NCBI GenBank assembly: GCA_963809895.1
Contig: CAWELD010000010.1
Coordinates: 928,001-992,000 of the forward strand
Length of the DNA: 64,000 nucleotides
Source of the DNA: an uncultured Gemmatimonadales bacterium
GTDB lineage: Bacteria > Gemmatimonadota > Gemmatimonadetes > Longimicrobiales > Gaopeijiaceae
Direction of reading: 5' to 3'
In this document: positions 32,641 to 41,944 of the stretch, piece by piece
How positions within the stretch are numbered: the stretch's first letter is position 1
Layout: every line of letters starts with the position of its first letter
Notes under the pieces: generated by a model
Seen by the model: only the letters and a program-made list of their open reading frames with translations
What the model was told of the DNA's origin: nothing
Database searches by the model: none
Position numbers and translations under genes: made by a program

Positions 32641-32728
32641 CTCGCTCCCGGTCAAAGGCACACCCGGCGTGAGCCGGGGCCGCAAAGTCAGGAGTCTCGC
32701 GCACGAGATCGTCCGGCTGCCCGCGAAG
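32641..32728 (+). ncRNA. Cyclic di-GMP-I (GEMM) riboswitch
   Basis: GGCACAC-CCGGC-GTGA-GCCGG-GGCCGC-AAA-GTCAGGA-GTCTCG(cgca)CGAGAT-CGTCCGGCTGCC. P2 has a GNRA loop, GCAAAG forms the junction, P3 carries a CU:AG receptor, and the 3' end is GCC. Located in a 5' UTR. Confidence 0.88.
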
Positions 32729-32800
32729 TGAAGTTCCGGGCTCGGGAGTGTGCCGCGCGAACGCGCGGGCCGCATATCACTCCAGATGCAGGAGTTCGTC

Positions 32801-33793
32801 ATGTCTCATCTGACGTTTCGCCGTACCGTCGCCGCGGCGGCGCTCGCCGTTGTGGGTCTAACGGCTTGCGACAGCGGCGACCCCGTGGTTTCAGGGGATT
32901 CCACGACCTCGCTGTCCATTCTCCTCACGGACGCGCCCGGGGCGGTCGAAGCGGCCTGGGTCGACATCGACGAGATCTACCTTCAGGGCGGGGGCGGAGG
33001 TCGCCTCACGCTTCTCGACGAGCCCACGGGACTCGTGGAGCTGACCAGCCTGGCCGGGACCACGCGCACGCTCGTCCAGGACATGGACGTTTCGGCCGCC
33101 ACCTACGGACAGCTGAGAATGGTCGTGTCGGCAGCCGTCCTCGAGACCAAGGACGGCGACGTCTACACCATGGGCGGCGCGGAGCACCCCGATGGGCTGG
33201 AAGCCACCGGCGACCTCCAGTGCCCGAGCTGCTCTCAGAGCGGGCTCAAGGTCATCATCCCCGGCGACGACGTGCCGTTGGAAGAGGGCGCCATGGCAGT
33301 GGTGCTGGACTTCGACGTGGCCCAGACCTTCGGCCACAAGGCCGGCAACTCCGGAAAGTGGGTCATGAAGCCGACCATCCACGGCACCCTCGTGGACGAC
33401 GTCAACGGGGACGGCGTCCCCGACCTGGACCAGACCGGCTCGCTCGAGGGGACCGTGGTCCTGGGCACGGACGTCGTGATCCCCCAGTGCCCGGCCGGCA
33501 CCGATCGGAGCCTCACCGACTTCATTCCCATGGCCGTCGCGCAGACGCTGACCGACGGTGACGGCCAGCCCGTGGTCCGGACCGGCGCGGTGAACGAGAG
33601 CGGCGACTTCGCCATCCCCTTCCTGTCGGCCGACACCTACAGCCTGGACTATCAGGCGCAGCTCGACTTCGAGGGCGCTTCGCTGGTGTTCGGCGCCGAC
33701 GTGAGCCCGGCGCAGAGCGCCGTCGCGGACGGACCGGTCACCGGGATCGCCTATACCATCACGTCGGCGACCTGCCAGGTCTCGGGCGGCTGA
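32801..33793 (+). CDS. DUF4382 family lipoprotein
   Basis: Lipobox LTAC, LSILLTDAP, YGQLRM, SQSGLK, VVLDFDVAQTF, WVMKP. Confidence 0.88.
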   Translation: MSHLTFRRTVAAAALAVVGLTACDSGDPVVSGDSTTSLSILLTDAPGAVEAAWVDIDEIYLQGGGGGRLTLLDEPTGLVELTSLAGTTRTLVQDMDVSAATYGQLRMVVSAAVLETKDGDVYTMGGAEHPDGLEATGDLQCPSCSQSGLKVIIPGDDVPLEEGAMAVVLDFDVAQTFGHKAGNSGKWVMKPTIHGTLVDDVNGDGVPDLDQTGSLEGTVVLGTDVVIPQCPAGTDRSLTDFIPMAVAQTLTDGDGQPVVRTGAVNESGDFAIPFLSADTYSLDYQAQLDFEGASLVFGADVSPAQSAVADGPVTGIAYTITSATCQVSGG

Positions 33794-33808
33794 ATATTCA
33801 GGAGCGAC

Positions 33809-35344
33809 ATGGCCCACGATGGCCCGGACCTGGATAACCTTCCGGACCTGACCGCGGGGCTCCCCCTGGACGATCTCGTCGAGGGGGAGCCGGTGCGGGG
33901 CGTGGTGGACGACACCCTCGTGCTGCTCGTCCGGCAGGGAGACGACGTCTTCGCCGTGCAGGGTGAATGTCCGCACTACGGCGGCCCGTTGGCCGACGGT
34001 TGCGTGGGCGAGGGGACCATCCACTGTCCCTGGCATCACGCGGCGTTCGACCTCGCCAGCGGCGCACTGGTGCGGCCTCCCGCGCTCGATCCGCTGCGCC
34101 GCTGGGTCGTCCGCGTCCAGGACGGTGTGGTTCGTGTGGGTGAGGAGATCGACGACACGCCCACCCCCTCGCCGCGCCGGGATCCCGGCGACGTCGTCAT
34201 CGTCGGCGGCGGAGCCGCCGGCACGACCGCGGCTCTGACCTTGCGCCGCCAGGGACACCGGGGCCGGGTGGTGGTGGTGGATGCCGATGCCGATGCGCCC
34301 TACGACCGCCCCAACCTCTCCAAGGACTACCTGGCGGGGTCGGCGCCCGAGGAATGGCTGCCCCTGCGGTCACACGAGGATCTGGCGGGCATGGACATCG
34401 AGTGGGTCCGCGCGCACGTGTCTGGACTACACCTCGATCGTCGTGTGGTCGGGCTGGCCGACGGCCGCGAGCTCGGCTTCGGCGGCCTGGTGCTGGCCCT
34501 CGGGTCGGACGCGCGCCGGCTGTCCCTGGGCGGTTCCGGAGCCGCACGGGTGCGCACCCTCCGGTCGCTGGCCGACTGCAGGGCGTTGCGCCAGGCGGCC
34601 GAGAAGGCGGATCGCGCCGTGGTGGTGGGCGCCGGGTTCCTCGGCATGGAGGCGGCTGCCGCCTTGCGCGCCAGGGAACTGGAGGTCGACGTCGTGGCGC
34701 CGGAGCGCGTGCCGCTCGCGCGGGCGTTGGGTGAGCGGCTCGGCCGCTTTCTCCGCTCGGTGCACGAGGACCACGGCGTTCGCTTCCACCTGGAGCAGAC
34801 GGTGACGGAGGTGACCGAGGACGCGGTGTTGCTCTCGAACGGTGAGCGACTGCCCGCGGACGTGGTCCTGGTCGCCGCGGGAGCCATACCCCGGACCGGA
34901 CTCGCCGAGTCCGCCGGCCTGGCGGTGGAGGGTGGCATCGTCGTGGACCAGAACCTGGAGACGTCCGTCGCCGACGTGTACGCGGTAGGCGACGTCGCCG
35001 CGTACCCGGATCCCGAGGAGGCGTCCCGCCGCATCCGCGTCGAGCACTGGGCCGTGGCCGAGGCCCAGGGTAGACAGGCGGCGCTCAATCTCCTGGGTGC
35101 GGATCGCCCGTTCCATCACGTCCCCTTCTTCTGGACCCAGCATTTCGACGTCGTGGTCGCCCGCTCCGGATTCCCGGGTCCCTGGGACGCGGTGGAGGTG
35201 GACGGGCGCCCGGAGGACGGCGACGGCGCCGTTCGGTACAAACGGAAAGACAGGGACCTCGCGCTGGCTACCGTCTTCCGGGACCGCGACAGCCTGCGCT
35301 GGGAGATGGCTCGGGCGCGAGCGTTGCAGGCGGCGGGCAGGTAG
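33809..35344 (+). CDS. Rieske [2Fe-2S]-FAD/NAD(P) oxidoreductase fusion (AIF/ferredoxin reductase-like)
   Basis: CPHYG and CPWHH Rieske motifs, GGGAAG, YDRPNLSK, GAGFLGME, AVGD, RVEHW, PFFW. Confidence 0.93.
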   Translation: MAHDGPDLDNLPDLTAGLPLDDLVEGEPVRGVVDDTLVLLVRQGDDVFAVQGECPHYGGPLADGCVGEGTIHCPWHHAAFDLASGALVRPPALDPLRRWVVRVQDGVVRVGEEIDDTPTPSPRRDPGDVVIVGGGAAGTTAALTLRRQGHRGRVVVVDADADAPYDRPNLSKDYLAGSAPEEWLPLRSHEDLAGMDIEWVRAHVSGLHLDRRVVGLADGRELGFGGLVLALGSDARRLSLGGSGAARVRTLRSLADCRALRQAAEKADRAVVVGAGFLGMEAAAALRARELEVDVVAPERVPLARALGERLGRFLRSVHEDHGVRFHLEQTVTEVTEDAVLLSNGERLPADVVLVAAGAIPRTGLAESAGLAVEGGIVVDQNLETSVADVYAVGDVAAYPDPEEASRRIRVEHWAVAEAQGRQAALNLLGADRPFHHVPFFWTQHFDVVVARSGFPGPWDAVEVDGRPEDGDGAVRYKRKDRDLALATVFRDRDSLRWEMARARALQAAGR

Positions 35345-35390
35345 TACGGCGGTCCGGCAACGGCTTCGGTACGGCGGCCCTGCAGACGAC

Positions 35391-36632
35391 TCAGCCGCGC
35401 ACCAGCACGAACGAGCTCACCGCCAGCCACGCGAAGATCAACACGGAGAGGAGCCACACCTCCAGGGCGGAGATACGCTGTGTCCCGCGCTCTCCGTGGA
35501 ACCAGGCGATGATCAGGGTGGCCAGCATGCTGGCCGCGAACAGCACCAGGCCGAGCTTGTAGACCATGGGAGGCAGCAGGCCCTGCTGTACGAACTGATC
35601 GATGGCGCTCACTGCCACCCAGCCGGCGGCGATGATGGCCACGGCGAACTGGGGCATGCGCTTGCGGCGCAGAACGTGAAACACGCCTTCCTTCTCGGGC
35701 GCTGACGACGAATCCGGGGCCGCAGAGTGATCTGCGGACGTTGCTCCGCCCGGGGAACTACCGGCTCCGCGCAGGATGGCCCGGGCTTGCTCCGCCACCG
35801 TGCGCGCCGCCGGCCGGTGCGAAGCTTCCGGCGCCATGCAACGGGCGACCAGCTCGTCCAGGGCGGCCGGTACCTCCCGACGCACAGTGCCGACGTGTGG
35901 AGGGCCCTGCGTCCGCAGCTTCTGGAGCGCCCCGATGGCGGTGTCGTTGGCGTAGGGATGGCGCCCCGCCAGGAGTTGGAAGGCGACCACGCCGAGACTG
36001 AAGATGTCCGCGCGGTCGGTGACGGGCTCGCCGAGCTGCTGCTCGGGGCTCGCGTATTCGGCCTTGCCCAGCACCATTCCCGCCGTGGTCAGACGCTCGG
36101 CAGGCGTATCGCCCGATTCCAGGAGTCCGGTGAGGCCGAAATCCGCCAGCATGGCCCGATCGGTGCCCGAGTCCCAGAGCACGTTTCCGGGGCGCACGTC
36201 TCGATGAACCAGCCCCCGTTCGTGGGCCGAGGCCAGCGCTGACGCCAACTGCTCGAGGATGCGGAGCACCTCGTCGACGCCCAGAGCGCCTTCAGCACGG
36301 AGGCGCTCGTCGAGGGTCGGACCCTGCACGTACTGCATGATGAGGTAGGGCAGGCCGTCGGAGAGGGTCGCCACGCCATGCACCGGAACCACGTTGGGAT
36401 GGCTGAGCCGCCCCGACGTCTGCGCCTCTCGCGTGAAGCGGGCGCGGGCCGTGTGATCCTCCGCGAGCTCGGGGTCCAGGACCTTGACGGCCACGAGCCG
36501 CTTCAGGGCCGGTTCGCGGGCGAGGTAGACGCTCGCCACCGCACCGCGTCCGAGCAGGCGTATGACCTCGAGATCCGGGGCCAACTCCTCTCGGACCCGC
36601 TCTTCGAGATTCTCGCTGGAGCCGCGGTCCAT
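35391..36632 (-). CDS. Hanks-type Ser/Thr protein kinase with C-terminal membrane segments
   Basis: LGRGAVASVY, VAVK, HPNVV, HRDVRPGN, DFG, YASPEQ, DIFSLG; three hydrophobic C-terminal helices. Confidence 0.93.
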   Translation of the reverse strand: MDRGSSENLEERVREELAPDLEVIRLLGRGAVASVYLAREPALKRLVAVKVLDPELAEDHTARARFTREAQTSGRLSHPNVVPVHGVATLSDGLPYLIMQYVQGPTLDERLRAEGALGVDEVLRILEQLASALASAHERGLVHRDVRPGNVLWDSGTDRAMLADFGLTGLLESGDTPAERLTTAGMVLGKAEYASPEQQLGEPVTDRADIFSLGVVAFQLLAGRHPYANDTAIGALQKLRTQGPPHVGTVRREVPAALDELVARCMAPEASHRPAARTVAEQARAILRGAGSSPGGATSADHSAAPDSSSAPEKEGVFHVLRRKRMPQFAVAIIAAGWVAVSAIDQFVQQGLLPPMVYKLGLVLFAASMLATLIIAWFHGERGTQRISALEVWLLSVLIFAWLAVSSFVLVRG

Positions 36633-36737
36633 GCGAGTCTTCCCCTCCTGTCCACGTTGATGCTCGCCGGGCCGGGGACGCCGGGGGGCTGCGGCAAGCT
36701 TGTCAGGAACATGCCGGAATGGCGACCCGAACGGCAA

Positions 36738-36769
36738 GCGCCCCGGCGAAGGAAGTTCCGCCGGGGCGC
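36738..36769 (-). terminator. Hairpin downstream of nirK
   Basis: Perfect 11-bp stem gcgccccggcg/cgccggggcgc about 30 nt after the nirK stop. Confidence 0.55.
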
Positions 36770-36798
36770 GTCGCCCTTCTCCGATTCGGCGGCCGTCG

Positions 36799-37890
36799 TC
36801 AGTGGACGCCCTCCGTGCCGCCGGCGGCGAAGATGGCCCCTTCGGGCTCGCCGGTGACGTGCAGGATACCCGCCGCGCCCCGATCCGTGGCCCGGAAGAT
36901 GGAGTGGTCGACGAGCTTGTAGTCGCCGGGGACGTCGACTCGAAGCTCGACGATGGCGGCGCCGCCCGCGGGGATGAGCGTGGTCTGCACGTTGTGATTG
37001 GCCGTGCTGCCGGCCTCGGTGTAGACGTTGTCCATGATCTCGCCGATGACGTGGAAGCTCGAGACCAGGTTGGGGCCGCCGTTGCCGACGAAGAGGCGGA
37101 TACGCTCGCCGGTCTTCGCCTGCAGGGCGTTGTCTCCGGTGAGGGACCCGACGCGGCCGTTGAAGATCACGTACTCGGGCCGCTCGGAGACCGCTTTGTC
37201 GTAGTCGAAGTCCTGATGACCCCGTTCGCCGTTCTTGCCGGTCGTGTAGACCTCGCCCTGCATGACGTAGAACTCCCGGTCCACCTCCGGCAGGCCCTCC
37301 TTGGGCTCCACGAGGATCATCCCGTACATGCCGTTGGCGATGTGCATGCCGACGGGCGCCACCGCGCAATGGTAGACGAACAGGCCGGGATTGAGCGCGC
37401 GGAACTGAATCGTGCTCTCCTGCCCGGGGCCCGTGAAGGTGGCCACAGCTCCGCCACCCGGGCCGGACACGGCGTGGAGGTCGATGTTGTGGGCGGCCAT
37501 GGAGTTGGGCGCGTTCTTCAGGTGCAACTCCACCAGATCACCTTCCCGCACGCGAATGAAGCGGCCGGGAACCGTGCCACCGAAGGTCCAGAAGGTGTAG
37601 TCCACGCCGTCGGCCAGGGTGCGCGTGACCTCCTGGGTCTCCAGCTCGACCACCACCTTGGTGGCGTGGTCGCGCGTGATGGGAGCCGGCACGGTGGGCG
37701 GGGCGGTGGGCTCCTCGATCTCCACGCCGACGAGCTCGGGCAGCGCAGGCGCGGCGAGCTCCCGCTCGTTCGCGTTCGCGACGGGGTCGGACGCGCCTCG
37801 GGCGAAGGCTACCAGCGCCGTGGCGGTGAGGGCGATGACGGAGAATGCGGTCGCCAGGCGAAGGAGCCCGGCGCGGTTCTTGGTGCTCAT
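36799..37890 (-). CDS. nirK: Copper-containing nitrite reductase (AniA-like, no cytochrome tail)
   Basis: [19 protein letters not shown]...[20 protein letters not shown] copper ligands; signal peptide. Confidence 0.96.
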   Translation of the reverse strand: MSTKNRAGLLRLATAFSVIALTATALVAFARGASDPVANANERELAAPALPELVGVEIEEPTAPPTVPAPITRDHATKVVVELETQEVTRTLADGVDYTFWTFGGTVPGRFIRVREGDLVELHLKNAPNSMAAHNIDLHAVSGPGGGAVATFTGPGQESTIQFRALNPGLFVYHCAVAPVGMHIANGMYGMILVEPKEGLPEVDREFYVMQGEVYTTGKNGERGHQDFDYDKAVSERPEYVIFNGRVGSLTGDNALQAKTGERIRLFVGNGGPNLVSSFHVIGEIMDNVYTEAGSTANHNVQTTLIPAGGAAIVELRVDVPGDYKLVDHSIFRATDRGAAGILHVTGEPEGAIFAAGGTEGVH

Positions 37891-38315
37891 GATGCTGCCT
37901 CGAGGGTCGTGGTATCGGAGTCGTCGAGAAGGTCGGCCAGGGTTGTCTCGTGGAAGGGCGCTCTGGCCTGGGCGAGGACGGCCACCCAGCGGGCGTGAGC
38001 CGCGCAGGGACGGGTCTCGTCGCAGGGTCGGTCTCCCATGAGGCAGGTCGTTCGGGGCGTCGGCTCGTCGAGCCGATCCAGGATGTCCGAGACGCGTACC
38101 TGTGCGGGCGCGGACCGGAGGCGATAGCCTCCAGAAGGTCCTCTGCGCCCCTCCAGCAGCCCCCGTGCAGCCAGGATCTGAAGGGTCTTGCCCAGGTAGT
38201 TCCGGGGGGCGCCCAGCGCCTCTGCGATCACGTCGACGCTCACCGGACCGCCATCGTGCTGGCGTGCCAGGTAGAGGACGGCCCGGAGTGCGTGATCAGC
38301 GGTGCGATTCAGCAT
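37887..38315 (-). CDS. Rrf2 family Fe-S transcriptional regulator (NsrR-like)
   Basis: [19 protein letters not shown]-x6-C-x5-C-AAH. ATGA overlap with nirK. Confidence 0.92.
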   Translation of the reverse strand: MLNRTADHALRAVLYLARQHDGGPVSVDVIAEALGAPRNYLGKTLQILAARGLLEGRRGPSGGYRLRSAPAQVRVSDILDRLDEPTPRTTCLMGDRPCDETRPCAAHARWVAVLAQARAPFHETTLADLLDDSDTTTLEAAS

Positions 38316-38381
38316 GTTGCGCCTGTTCGTCTGTCGTGGGTGCCGCGTTTCGGTCATTTCGCATGTGGATATGATACAATT

Positions 38382-38406
38382 GTCCCGACCCTGCTTCTGT
38401 CGGGAC
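38382..38406. promoter_or_regulatory. Inverted repeat, candidate Rrf2 operator
   Basis: GTCCCGAC-N9-GTCGGGAC next to an AT-rich patch (ATGATACAATTGT), about 65 bp upstream of rrf2. Confidence 0.45.
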
Positions 38407-38571
38407 GAATCCATAGGTCGCGGTGGGGAGATTCCCCACGATCTTCTCGCACGAGGACGTCGTTGCGGGACCCCGGACGCGACGGCCGCACGGCGCAAGG
38501 AACGGTGGACCGGCGACGGGGTGTGAAGAGCCACTTCCAAGTCCGAAACACGCACCCCAGGAGGGGACCCG

Positions 38572-39000
38572 ATGGCGGAAGCCAAGCAAGGCGACAAGGT
38601 GCACATCCACTACACAGGCAAGCTGGCGGACGGTACGGTGTTCGACAGCTCGACCGATCGCGATCCGCTCTCGTTCACGCTGGGCGAGGGCCAGGTCATT
38701 CCGGGCTTCGAAGATGCCGTGAGCGGGATGACCGAAGGAGACAACAAGACGGCCACCATCCCGTCGGATCGTGCGTACGGCCCCCGGCGTGACGAGCTGG
38801 TCCTCACCGTTCCCAGGGAGCAGCTCCCGGACGACATGGAGCCCGAGGTGGGCCAGCAGCTCCGCATGCAGACGGCCGACGGTCAGACCTTCGTGGTCAC
38901 GGTCACCGACACCGACGATTCTTCGCTCGAGGTGGACGCCAACCATCCCCTGGCCGGTCGTGATCTCACCTTCGACATCGAGTTGGTACGGATCGGCTGA
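38572..39000 (+). CDS. slyD: FKBP-type peptidyl-prolyl isomerase (SlyD/FkpB type, no His-rich tail)
   Basis: GDKVHIHYTGKLADGTVFDSS, IPGFE, AYG, DANHPLAG. Confidence 0.9.
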   Translation: MAEAKQGDKVHIHYTGKLADGTVFDSSTDRDPLSFTLGEGQVIPGFEDAVSGMTEGDNKTATIPSDRAYGPRRDELVLTVPREQLPDDMEPEVGQQLRMQTADGQTFVVTVTDTDDSSLEVDANHPLAGRDLTFDIELVRIG

Positions 39001-39102
39001 TCCGGATGCGCACCGTCCGGGTCCTCGCGCCCGGCCCCGAGCGGCACGGCGGTTGCATCGAAAGGGGTGGCAGCACCGTCGCCACCCCGATCGTCGGACC
39101 GC

Positions 39103-39519
39103 ATGGACACCTGCATTTCCGCGCCGAACAGCATCCACTGGAGCCACACGCCCGATGGCATCCTGGTGCTGCGGTACAGTCGTTTCTGGCCGTCTGCGGT
39201 GGATTTCGCGCGGGTGTGGGACGAGGTCGAGGCCCGGTCCGCCTTCAGCGAGGACGTGCCACTCCTGGTGGATCTGCGTCAGGTGCGCGGCGACGAGTCG
39301 GCCGGCACGGTGCGTCGTTTCGTGGCAGGGCTTCCTGCGCTGGCGCGGCGCATCCCCCAGCGGCGGGCCTACCTCGTCGCGCGGCCGGTGCAATACGGGC
39401 TCGCGCGCATGATCCAGTCCCACGCCGCGCCCCTCCGCCTCGAATCCCGCATCTTCGAGAGGTGGGACGACGCCGTGGACTGGTTGCGGCGTCTGGACGA
39501 GGCGGCGGATCCAGCATAG
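39103..39519 (+). CDS. Hypothetical protein (STAS/SEC14-like fold suspected)
   Basis: LLVDLR, RRAYLV, YGLARM, IFERWDDAVDWL pattern. Confidence 0.55.
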   Translation: MDTCISAPNSIHWSHTPDGILVLRYSRFWPSAVDFARVWDEVEARSAFSEDVPLLVDLRQVRGDESAGTVRRFVAGLPALARRIPQRRAYLVARPVQYGLARMIQSHAAPLRLESRIFERWDDAVDWLRRLDEAADPA

Positions 39520-39586
39520 GCTTCCGGGCCTTTTCATTCCGCCGCCCCCGCCAGCGGCTCGGTGTCCGCGACCGGGAGCGATCGAC

Positions 39587-41080
39587 GTGAGCGTGGAGCT
39601 GGAGCGTTACAGGCCCATCATCGACGATTGGGCCTCGTTCGTGGCGGCCGTGAATCGACCGGAGCCCACCACCCTGCGGGTCAACCGCACGCGACTGACC
39701 CGCGACGACCTCGCGGAGCGCCTCCGGGAGCAGGGATTCGAGGTGGCCGCGCTCCCGGGCCAACCGGACTTCTTGCGGGTCCTGCGCGAGCCGTTCGGCA
39801 TCTCCGATACGTTGGAGCATTGGGCGGGCCTGTTCTACATCCAGCAGGCCACCACCGGGTTGGCGGCGCCCCTTCTGGATCCGGGGCCCGGGGAGCGTGT
39901 CCTGGACCTGTGCGCGGCGCCCGGCGGCAAGACCACGCACCTGGCGGAGCTCATGCACGGTCGTGGACCGCTGGTCGCGGCCGAGGTCAACGACGGGCGC
40001 ATCCGGGCGCTCCTGGGCAACCTCTACCGCCTGGGCCACACCAACGTGATGGTCGTGGGAGCCGACGGCCGCACGCTCCCCACCGAAGCCCGCTTTCAGC
40101 GGGTCATGGTCGACGTGCCGTGTTCGGCACAGGGCACGATCCGCAAGAAGGGTGGGCGTCTACCTTCCCGTTCGCGCCGCTTCATGAAGCAGGTGACGCG
40201 GGCTCAGGAGAAGCTCCTGCGGCGGGCCGTGGACCTCACCCTCCCGGGCGGCACCATCCTCTACGTCACCTGCACCTTCGGACCGGAAGAGAACGAGGCG
40301 GTGGTGAGCCGCGTGCTGGCCGACGCTCCGGTGGAGGTGGACCCGTTGGAGCCCCCGGTGCCCCACGCCCGCGGGGTGACGCGTTTCGAAGATGCTCGCT
40401 ACGATCCCCGCCTCGAGGGGGCGGTGCGCCTCTATCCCCATCACCTGGATTCCGGGGGACTTTTCCTGTGCCGACTCCGCCGCCTCGACGATGGCGATCC
40501 CGTGGCGGGTGATCCGGCGGCCGGCTGGCGACCCGTTCCCGACACCTTTCCCGGTGATCCGGCCCCGGACGACCCCTCGCGCGACGTGTCCGCCACCCTG
40601 GAGCTGCTGGCGTCCCACTACGGGGTCGCAGGTGACGTGCTCGCCGATCGCCACTGGATTCGGCGAGGCTCGAACCTGTGGCTCCACGGGTGCGATGCCT
40701 GGCCCATCGAGGATTGGACCCCGGGTGGTCACTGGCGTCTGGTGGCCATGGGGCTGCGAGCCGTGGACCTGGGCGGCGATGGCCCGCCCCGCCCGACCAA
40801 CGATCTGCTCCAGTGGCTCGACGACGCCGTGGTGAAGAATCGCGTGGAGCTTGACGAGCGCGGTTGGCGCGCCCTCCTGGACGGTCGCGGGCCGAGCCTG
40901 GAGGGCGTCGAGCGAGGTCACGTCGCGCTGGCCTTGCGTGGACGAGTCGTGGGATGGGGATTCGTGCGCGACGGTCAGCTCCACTCCCACGTGCCCCGGG
41001 GGCGGGCGAGTTGGCTACGATCCGTGGTGGCGGAGCCGTCGGAGGAGCGTGCGGGCTCCCACGCCGAGGGAGCAGACTGA
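39587..41080 (+). CDS. RsmB/NOP2/RsmF family RNA m5C methyltransferase
   Basis: VLDLCAAPGGKT, DVPCSAQG, YVTCT, ENEAVV. Confidence 0.93.
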   Translation: MSVELERYRPIIDDWASFVAAVNRPEPTTLRVNRTRLTRDDLAERLREQGFEVAALPGQPDFLRVLREPFGISDTLEHWAGLFYIQQATTGLAAPLLDPGPGERVLDLCAAPGGKTTHLAELMHGRGPLVAAEVNDGRIRALLGNLYRLGHTNVMVVGADGRTLPTEARFQRVMVDVPCSAQGTIRKKGGRLPSRSRRFMKQVTRAQEKLLRRAVDLTLPGGTILYVTCTFGPEENEAVVSRVLADAPVEVDPLEPPVPHARGVTRFEDARYDPRLEGAVRLYPHHLDSGGLFLCRLRRLDDGDPVAGDPAAGWRPVPDTFPGDPAPDDPSRDVSATLELLASHYGVAGDVLADRHWIRRGSNLWLHGCDAWPIEDWTPGGHWRLVAMGLRAVDLGGDGPPRPTNDLLQWLDDAVVKNRVELDERGWRALLDGRGPSLEGVERGHVALALRGRVVGWGFVRDGQLHSHVPRGRASWLRSVVAEPSEERAGSHAEGAD

Positions 41081-41102
41081 GACGGCGGGAGCTGGATGGC
41101 TG

Positions 41103-41501
41103 TCAGGTTCGCAGCAGCTCGGCCACGAAGCGCGCGTCGGAAGGCGCCAGCGGGAGCTTGGCCAACTGTCGCGGATCCAGCCAGGCGACGGCGTCGTGCT
41201 CGCGGGGCTCGGGCTCGCCGTCCACTTCCACCTCGAGAAAGTGGATGACGAAGGGGCTCCCGGGGTCGGCGGCGTCGAAGAGCGTGCCCCCCACGGCCCT
41301 CACCCGCAGTCCGAGCTCTTCGGCCAGTTCCCGCCGCGCGGCGGCCGCCAGGTCCTCGCCCGCCAGGAGCTTGCCTCCCGGGAACTCCCAGAGTCCGCCG
41401 TGACGCTTGTGGAGCGGCCGCCGGCCCACGAGGAGTCGCTCGTCTCGCCGGATGACGGCGGCCACCACCAGGATCGGGTCGGAGCTGTCGGGGTAGGGCA
41501 T
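41103..41501 (-). CDS. NUDIX hydrolase (MutT/NudG-like)
   Basis: WEFPGGK...GEDLAAAARRELAEELG Nudix box. Confidence 0.92.
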   Translation of the reverse strand: MPYPDSSDPILVVAAVIRRDERLLVGRRPLHKRHGGLWEFPGGKLLAGEDLAAAARRELAEELGLRVRAVGGTLFDAADPGSPFVIHFLEVEVDGEPEPREHDAVAWLDPRQLAKLPLAPSDARFVAELLRT

Positions 41502-41569
41502 GGGCCGCAGGGTGGTGCTTTCCGCGCCCCGAGGCAAGAATCAGGCAGGGATCAACCAAAGGAGCCAGC

Positions 41570-41923
41570 ATGCCGGTCCGCCACGCAAACGAGATCGCCC
41601 GCGAGCCGGTGAACGCCGGCTCGGGCACGGAGCGCCAGATCCTCATCGGGCCGGATCAGGGGCCCCATTTCGCGCTGCGCCGCTTCATCATGCAACCCGG
41701 GGGAGGGATGCCCCGGCACACCAACGAGGTGGAGCACGAGCAGTACGTGATCCGGGGTCGCGCCACCATCGGCATCGGAGACGAGACCTTCCAGGTGAGC
41801 GCCGACGACGTGGTCTACATTCCCGCCGGGGTGCCCCACTGGTACCGGGCGGAGGGCGAGGAGCCCTTCGAGTTCCTGTGCGCGGTGCCCAACAAGGCGG
41901 ACCGGATCCAGGTCCTGGAGTAG
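41570..41923 (+). CDS. Cupin domain protein
   Basis: PRHTNEVEHEQY and IPAGVPHWY. Confidence 0.9.
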   Translation: MPVRHANEIAREPVNAGSGTERQILIGPDQGPHFALRRFIMQPGGGMPRHTNEVEHEQYVIRGRATIGIGDETFQVSADDVVYIPAGVPHWYRAEGEEPFEFLCAVPNKADRIQVLE

Positions 41924-41944
41924 CGCTCGTCGGCGTGACTGCCG

